Shown in pieces: positions 55,741 through 64,000 of a stretch of DNA of 64,000 nt. How positions within the stretch are numbered: the first letter of the stretch is position 1; each line of letters starts with the position of its first letter. The translations under genes were made by a program, and so were the position numbers. The notes beneath the pieces were generated by a model. It was not told the origin of the DNA. It was given only the letters and a program-made list of their open reading frames with translations, and searched no databases. Source of the DNA: Eledone cirrhosa (Eukaryota); the NCBI GenBank assembly GCA_964016885.1, contig OZ024741.1:82088001-82152000 (forward strand). The letters are read 5' to 3'.

Positions 55741-56170
55741 GTTAAATAAAAGTCAAATGATTAAAATTTAGCTTCGTTTATTACTGCGATATATATTTCA
55801 GTGACAGCCATCTTTGGCTGTGACCTCTTCAGGCAGTTTGAATTAGTATGGTATAGAAAAGTACATATGTTGTTTAGGTGTATGATATTGTCAATACTCT
55901 GATATGCCCAGTTCCTTGTTGGGTTGTTAATTCACTGGGGAATTGGAGACATATATGACTTGTCTATACCATACTAATTCAAACTGCCTGAAGAGGTCAC
56001 AGCCAAAGATGGCTGTCACTGAAATATATATCGCAGTAATAAACGAAGCTAAATTTTAATCATTTGACTTTTATTTAACATTATTTTACACTACTCCGGA
56101 GTAACCAAACCAACCTGCGCACTTCGTCGAGTGCTCCAGCCTGCATACTGAGGTGTTGGTATACAACCAA
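55741..56170 (+). mobile_element. Non-autonomous PLE-derived element (family G) with inverted pseudo-LTR
   Basis: Near-perfect ~120 bp inverted repeat at 55741-55862 and 55959-56079, flanked by (TA)n. Confidence 0.8.
55983..56037 (+). ncRNA. Minimal type I hammerhead ribozyme (antisense copy at 55783-55837)
   Basis: actgc-CTGAAGA-ggtcacagcca.aaga.tggctgtcact-GAAA-tatata-TC-gcagt. Confidence 0.85.
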
Positions 56171-56185
56171 CATAAACTCAAAATC

Positions 56186-56404
<219 letters not shown>

Positions 56405-56439
56405 GTATGTATATATATTTATATATATATGTATGTATG

Positions 56440-56473
<34 letters not shown>

Positions 56474-56475
<2 letters not shown>

Positions 56476-56553
56476 CCTTGACAAGTTCAGCTAGACTACT
56501 GCCGTCCTAACACTACTGCGTTAGTTTAGACCTAGCTGTCGAAACGGTCGGAG
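56474..56553 (+). ncRNA. Hammerhead-like motif, U3-A8 variant with extended stem II (family H)
   Basis: cccc-TTGACAA-gttcagctag...ctagctgtc-GAAA-cgg-TC-ggag. Confidence 0.5.
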
Positions 56554-56591
56554 CTCAGCCATCAGCGTCCTGACTCTTTTCATATATATAT

Positions 56592-56686
<95 letters not shown>

Positions 56687-56920
56687 GGAGGAAGGGGAGA
56701 GTTTAGAAGTAACAGTATGTAGCGTTGGAAAATTCTATAAATCAAATAGCGCATGTAATGATACAGACGGAACACAGAAATCCTGTCTTCAATTATCTCC
56801 TCGGGACGCATGCAATGTATGTATATCTTTGTTATAGTAAGGTATGGTGTATTCATATATATATGTATATATATATATATATATATACATATCGTCGGCA
56901 AATTCACGGTATATATATAT

Positions 56921-57674
56921 ATGCCGACGACATAGTTTTGGTGTCAAATACAGTGAAGGGGGCAGGGATTTGATGCAGTAGGTTGAGACTGTGTCGATGA
57001 GTGTGGGGCTGAGAATGAATGAGACTAAAACAAAATATCTGGTAGAGAATGTTGAGAAGCGAGAGGGGATCACTAATGTAGGCGGGAAGCCGCTAGAATT
57101 GGTTGAAGACTTCCTGTATTTGGGAGCAAAGATTAGGAATACGGAAGATGATATGGTTGAGAGGGGGAGCAAAGCCTGGGCGTCGTGCCACAGCTTGAGA
57201 TCGGTGTGGAGGTCGGATCATCGTAAAAACCTGAAAATCCGCCTCTTCGTTGCTGTATGGGTCTGAGACTTGGACACTGACCAAGAAACTCACTCAGATG
57301 GTGGATGGGTGCTACACGAGAATGCTGAGGATGTCTCTGAACATTAATCAGTATACACTGAGTATGAAAAACTCAGAGCTGTATGGGAGGTTCCCAAAAG
57401 TCATCTCAAAAGTGACACAGAGGAGATTGAGGTTAGCTGGACATTTTCACCGACATCCAGAGTCGACATTGCACTCAGTGCTCCTGTGGGAGACCCTACA
57501 TGGACACATTGGAAGTGGAAGACCAAGGTTAACGTATGTTGATGCCCTAAGGGCAGACACTGGTCTGTTAGAGACGCAGGACATGGCAGCGATTATGAGG
57601 GACAGAGACCGCTGGAGAGAATTCGTCCATCCGTCCATCGATCTCGGGAATTTTACCCGCCCTAGAATAGAATA

Positions 57675-57678
<4 letters not shown>
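56921..57678 (+). pseudogene. 5'-truncated RTE-clade LINE inside (TA)n
   Basis: YADDIVL, VGLRMNETKT, FLYLG, LYGSETWTLTK..DGCYTRMLR and RRLRLAGH..GRPRLTYVD. Ends in (TAGAA)3. Confidence 0.88.
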
Positions 57679-57714
<36 letters not shown>

Positions 57715-57769
57715 CATTCCCATTTGCCTTTCTACAGGGAATTTATTATACACAATGGTTGACCAATTC

Positions 57770-58090
57770 TGGTGGTCATGTGCTCAGATTAGTATAACCA
57801 CCCATATACCTAAACCCCTGAACCAGTTTGATAATTGAACCGTCAGGAGCATGTAGAATAATGAGAGTGGATGGATTCTGATGCATAAAGTTAGTCTTCC
57901 AAGCATTGAATAACAACCCCATTTTGAAGGAAATTGTAAAGCGTCGAGTAGGAGGTCCAGGCATAACTTTTGGGATCGTGTTGATGAGGGACACTGACCT
58001 CACTGGTTGGGATCTTCTTGCTGCAATGAGAAATTTAGAAGCCTGGAACAAGAATTTTGTGTGTGCTTCACCATCGATGGATGACTCAAT
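57770..58090 (-). pseudogene. Degenerate RTE-like RT fragment
   Basis: KMGLLFNAWKTNFM..IIKLVQGFRYMGGY resembles the RT motifs GLxxNxxKT and FxYLG. Confidence 0.5.
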
Positions 58091-58092
58091 AA

Positions 58093-58149
<57 letters not shown>

Positions 58150-58501
58150 CATCTTTTCTACGTAGCAAAACATTTACTACAAAGAGATAAGGAGAAACAA
58201 GAAATACCAGATACGGAGTTTTGATAGAAGTGTGAAGAATACTGAAGATTTAAGATTGTAGAACTCGAGTGAAGCGATGAGACTGATGATGCAGATAGAA
58301 GTTAAACATAGTGAGATACGGAGACATCATGAAAGAAAGAGAGGCCAAATGAAACCGAGCTACTGTGATTAAAAAAAATGTAAAGAACACAAATGTTGAA
58401 TGTGATTATGTATAACAAATTTTTTGTATGTCTTTTATCGATCGCGACATTTTTTCTTTATTCATGTCAACGTAGCATGTTTGAAAGATCGATGCTATCC
58501 C

Positions 58502-58562
<61 letters not shown>

Positions 58563-58675
58563 ATAGCTACCTATCTATCTATCTGTCTATCTGTCTGTCT
58601 GATTGTCTGTCTATATATATATGTATCTAGGTAGCTAGTAAGCTACATAGTGAAATATTGGTAGATAGGCAGATA

Positions 58676-58702
<27 letters not shown>

Positions 58703-58710
<8 letters not shown>

Positions 58711-58818
58711 AAGTATGACCCCGAAGGCAGAGCTCAAGCCGTTTCGACGGCTATTTCAGCCCAGAAATAGCCGTCGAAAAGGCTTGAGCTCTGCCGTCGG
58801 GGTCATATATTTTCATAT
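58703..58818. repeat. ~116 bp hairpin (55 bp arms, 6 nt loop) related to the family H terminus
   Basis: Arms 58703-58757 and 58764-58818 are complementary. Each arm resembles 56532-56585. Confidence 0.85.
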
Positions 58819-59199
58819 TTCCCACTCTACTACCCTAAGTATTGAGTACACTGGTGCGTTATGGTCCATTTGGTTCCTTACCACAATTCCTTTCTTATAT
58901 ATATATAGTCACTTAACCATACATATAAGCAGGAATGCAAAGATACACATTTACGAAAATATATATAGCGTTTTACATGGTAGTTATATATAGATTAACA
59001 TAAATGTATTTATATTAACATAAATCAATTTATCATTCATGATTTAAAACACATTCTTTGATAATCTTGCATATCGTATATGGGTGATTGTCAGTTATCA
59101 GTTTCACAAAATTTATAAGGTGTTCTAATAGAAAAATAAATTATACACCTGGCACCAAAAATATGTGTTTTGAGTTCTACCATCACAAAAGTGTATACA

Positions 59200-59240
<41 letters not shown>

Positions 59241-59306
59241 GGAATAGAATGAAACGAAATTTCATTTCTCACTCTTAGTCCGGCACTTACTTAAGGTGCT
59301 GACTTA

Positions 59307-59347
59307 CGGTGCTGACGATAGCTAATAAGCTTGAAACTAGTACATCG
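59307..59347 (+). ncRNA. Minimal type I hammerhead ribozyme
   Basis: cggtg-CTGACGA-tagct.aata.agctt-GAAA-ctag-TA-catcg. Confidence 0.87.
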
Positions 59348-59748
59348 TTCCTGTGTCAGTGTTGAACAAAAAGGTGACGTGGTTGCCTAAGCACTGTACG
59401 GCGTAATTCCGGCTGTTTGTTTGTTTACAAACGAACAAACCGAGCATTATAATAAATGTTCGGTAAACTGATACGTGCATATATATATGTGTGCCTGTAT
59501 GTATATATATACATGCTACTGTACGTCTGTATACATATATGTATGTACGTATACATACATACTTACATTTAAGTAAGTGCCGTACTAAGAGTGAGAAATG
59601 AAATTTCGTTTCATTCTATTCCATTTATCGTTTTCGGTGCGCCTGGCCGACTGAACTCACTCGATATGCAAATTAGGCTGCTCAGCCGTTAATTTTCATA
59701 AGGAAAGTATATACTTTCGGACGTTCAACCATCTGGCAGAAAGGTATA

Positions 59749-59789
59749 CGGTGCTGACGATAGCTAATAAGCTTGAAACTAGTACATCG
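59749..59789 (+). ncRNA. Minimal type I hammerhead ribozyme (tandem partner)
   Basis: Identical to 59307-59347 and 442 nt downstream. Confidence 0.87.
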
Positions 59790-60060
59790 TTCCTGTGTCA
59801 GTGTTGAACAAAAAGGTGACGTTGTTGCCTAAACACTGTACGGCGTAATTCAGGCTGTTTGTTTGTTTACAAACGAACAAACCGAGCATTATAATAAATG
59901 TTCGGTAAACTGATACGTGCATATATATATGTGTGCCTGTATGTATATATATACAGGCTACTGTACGTCTGTATACATATATGTATGTACGTATACATAC
60001 ATACTTACATTTATATATATAATCATATATATATACACAAATATGACCCTCCCCAAGTAT

Positions 60061-60117
<57 letters not shown>

Positions 60118-60118
60118 A

Positions 60119-60190
<72 letters not shown>

Positions 60191-60215
60191 GTGTGTATAT
60201 ATATATATGTATATA

Positions 60216-61267
<1,052 letters not shown>

Positions 61268-62106
61268 TTGTTTCGAAACACGATTTCATATCAAAAACCT
61301 CGCAAAACTAATTCATCACCGTTATATATCTATATATATATATCTATATATATATATAAGTATGTATGTATATATATACATGTATGTGTGTGCGTGTGTG
61401 TATGTGTGTGTATGTACACATATTTATTTAATCAACAAATAGAAACGTCATTCCATAAATATACGCTGTTTAATTTGATTTGGCACATATGCAATTATTC
61501 TCATCAAGACAGGAAGGGTAGTTGATTGAATAGATCCTTTGATGTTACTTGAACTTGTTTTATTTACAACATGAATGACTCAGATGTTACCACAAAAACA
61601 TATGACCAAACCTATCGCTTACTTTACTTGTTTACTGAAAATATATCAAACAAATATATTTTATTTTATCACCTTATACAAACGCAGAGGAAAAGACAAG
61701 CAGGCAATCAGACTGACAGAGAGGTAAAGAAAAAGAAGAGAGCGAGACCTGGATGGATGTACAGGTTCATTCGTTTTATCATAAACAGCAGCAACATTTC
61801 CTTAAAATTATATGCTGTTAAAAAGTGGAAAGTCTTATTGGATAATGTGAATTTGACAGAAAGTGTGAATGCAAAGACAGAGTAGTCGCCGTTTCAATCC
61901 ATTTGATCATCGTTCCAGTTAACCAGCTTCGCGTGTCTGGGAATAAACATCAACACCAACACATGTTCCAACATCCTCTCCGACCACCGTTAGATCTACT
62001 TGATCAGCTCGACATGTCTGGGAATATACAACATCAAAACCACCATCACCACAAATACCACTACTTAACCACATCCCACCAGCAGCAGCAGCACCATCAT
62101 CATCAT

Positions 62107-62138
<32 letters not shown>

Positions 62139-63099
62139 CCACTACCATCCACACCACCATGTCCAACACCACCATTATCCCACACCACTACCACCACTAA
62201 CAACATTGTAATCCATTGGGTCCACCTTGTAACCCGCTGAACACCCCTGAATCACTTTACAGGAACACGTGCCTGTAGAATGCTTTACTGCCTTTTACTC
62301 CATATAATATTTTCCTGAAATCTTAACTTATAAATTATATACAGTTCTTTATTGTAAAACCTCATCTTATATATTCCATTTATTACATGTTTTACTCCAA
62401 TATATTCAGATCTACATATACAATTTAAACTTTACATATATCTCTAAATTCTGCGTGTATCCAACTCAGAATAAGTACACCGTTTTCCCGTGTCGTAAAA
62501 TGTGACAGAAAGAATAGGTTACGATGGGCATCGAGCTGTTAAAAATTGTTCTCCAAACCTTTAATCCCTACTATGACAAATCACATGGTTTTAAGTTTCG
62601 GGTTTTTGTTATAACTTTATAAAACAGTGAGGGCTTTGGTCTTGTTTGTTCCGTACGGCAATGTAAATAAAAAAATGTAAAAAAAACAATCATGAGATCA
62701 GACTAAGGAAATAAAGTGTTCATTGGTCTTTCCATAGATAATTCTATTTGCCGGTTGCTATTTCAGTTGGATCAGATATCGAAAATCTTCACGTCACACT
62801 CTTCAACAATTCCATTAGGGCTGATACTATATTTATCAACACCAACATAATGATACTTAATTTAATCTCAACTTGATGTGAACTGAGGGCGCAGTAATCC
62901 GCCTCTTTTGTTTTATTCATAAACCAGTATACAAGGTGTTTAATTCATTAACGATTTATATAATTAACGCACATACACATCTGTGTGTTACAGTTCCATC
63001 GCTTCCAATGACAAGTGTTCAGGTTGTTTGCTTAATAGAATGCCTATATATGAAAATAATATGCAGGTGGCTAAGCATTATACATACACGACTAATTAT

Positions 63100-63270
63100 T
63101 GCGTAATTCTAAGGGAGATTCTGCTTGACACATTGGGTACAACTCTTTTATTCAGAGAGAGTGTACTAGAGTAGAGTGAATTAAAGTGTCCAGCTGAAGA
63201 ACACAACGCACAGTCAGGAATCGAATTCACAGACATTCGATCAAATGCTCTAAGTCTAATCATTTCACAA
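63100..63270 (-). mobile_element. Old degenerate tRNA-derived SINE (different family)
   Basis: Minus strand has B-box-like gaattcgattcc followed by gcgttgtgttcttcagctggacacttta. Confidence 0.45.
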
Positions 63271-63968
63271 CAGGAACATCTACAGAACAGTTGATAATAT
63301 GAATTTTACAAAATATACACATCATATATGAGACGATATATTTATAAAAGTATTTGGGAAACTTTGCAGATGAAGAGACAACAGAACGCGATGGAGAGAT
63401 TAGCTGGACAGTAGACAGAGTGAGAAAGAGGGAAGAGAAGGTGAGTTAGAAAGAGAGAGATAGAAAGAGATTGTTTTTGATGTTGATAGTTTTCATCATA
63501 ATAATCCTCGCTGCCATCATAATCATCAGCACCAACATCAACATCATCATTATCACCCCACCAAATATATCACAATAATCACCCCTACCACTATTACAAC
63601 CATTACCACCCCAGCCAACATCATCAGCTTCACCACCATCATCAACACCATCCTCAACATCCTCATCATCATCACCATTTCCTTATTCGTTATCATCATC
63701 GCCACCACAACCATAACAATAACAAGCTTCACGATCAACGTCAGCATCATCACAATCATCATGAAAATAAGTGAGATAAGTAATAAGTTTCCTGGACTGA
63801 ACTGAATATATTTAAAAAAATAAATTATTGTCAGTTATTGGTTGGTATCTTCGAGCAAACAAGGAGCGGAACTTCAAACAGACTCTTGATGTGCTTATGT
63901 ACTTTTGATGTGCTTATTTACTTTTGTATTGAGTTGTTAACACTATGGTATTGAATTATCTTTCCCTT

Positions 63969-64000
<32 letters not shown>

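Larger units (their letters stand above)
59237..60012 (+). mobile_element. Non-coding HHR element (family A): 442 bp tandem plus a short inverted 5' piece
   Basis: Direct repeat of 59307-59570 at 59749-60012. 59237-59293 is inverted relative to ~59569-59626. Confidence 0.85.

Noticed and set aside
61903-62211. His-rich 102 aa ORF and its Asp/Gly-rich antisense ORF
   Set aside because: The composition comes from CAT/CAC/CAG repeats.

Overview
Eukaryotic (animal) genomic DNA made almost entirely of decayed retroelements and microsatellites. No intact host gene, CRISPR array or rRNA is visible. The SINE family and repeat style suggest an octopus-type cephalopod (inference). Contents: five L1/Tx1-clade LINE copies (four with (TTA)n tails); three R4/Dong-like RLE LINE copies; several RTE fragments; a tRNA-derived SINE with clean target-site duplications (TSDs); about 10 Penelope-like element (PLE) families in (TA)n tracts, most with minimal type I hammerhead ribozymes (HHRs); a ~4 kb palindrome; and a degenerate AT-rich ~650 bp satellite. 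Two signals stand out. First, a covarying CUUGU-loop hairpin is shared by the L1/Tx1 3' ends, the SINE 3' tail and the L1/Tx1 5' UTRs, a candidate stringent LINE-SINE recognition system at ATT repeats. Second, there is a dense set of minimal hammerheads, each with its own palindromic stem III, including U3-A8 core variants and a 442-nt tandem retrozyme-like unit. All calls were made by eye without database searches, and boundaries are approximate.
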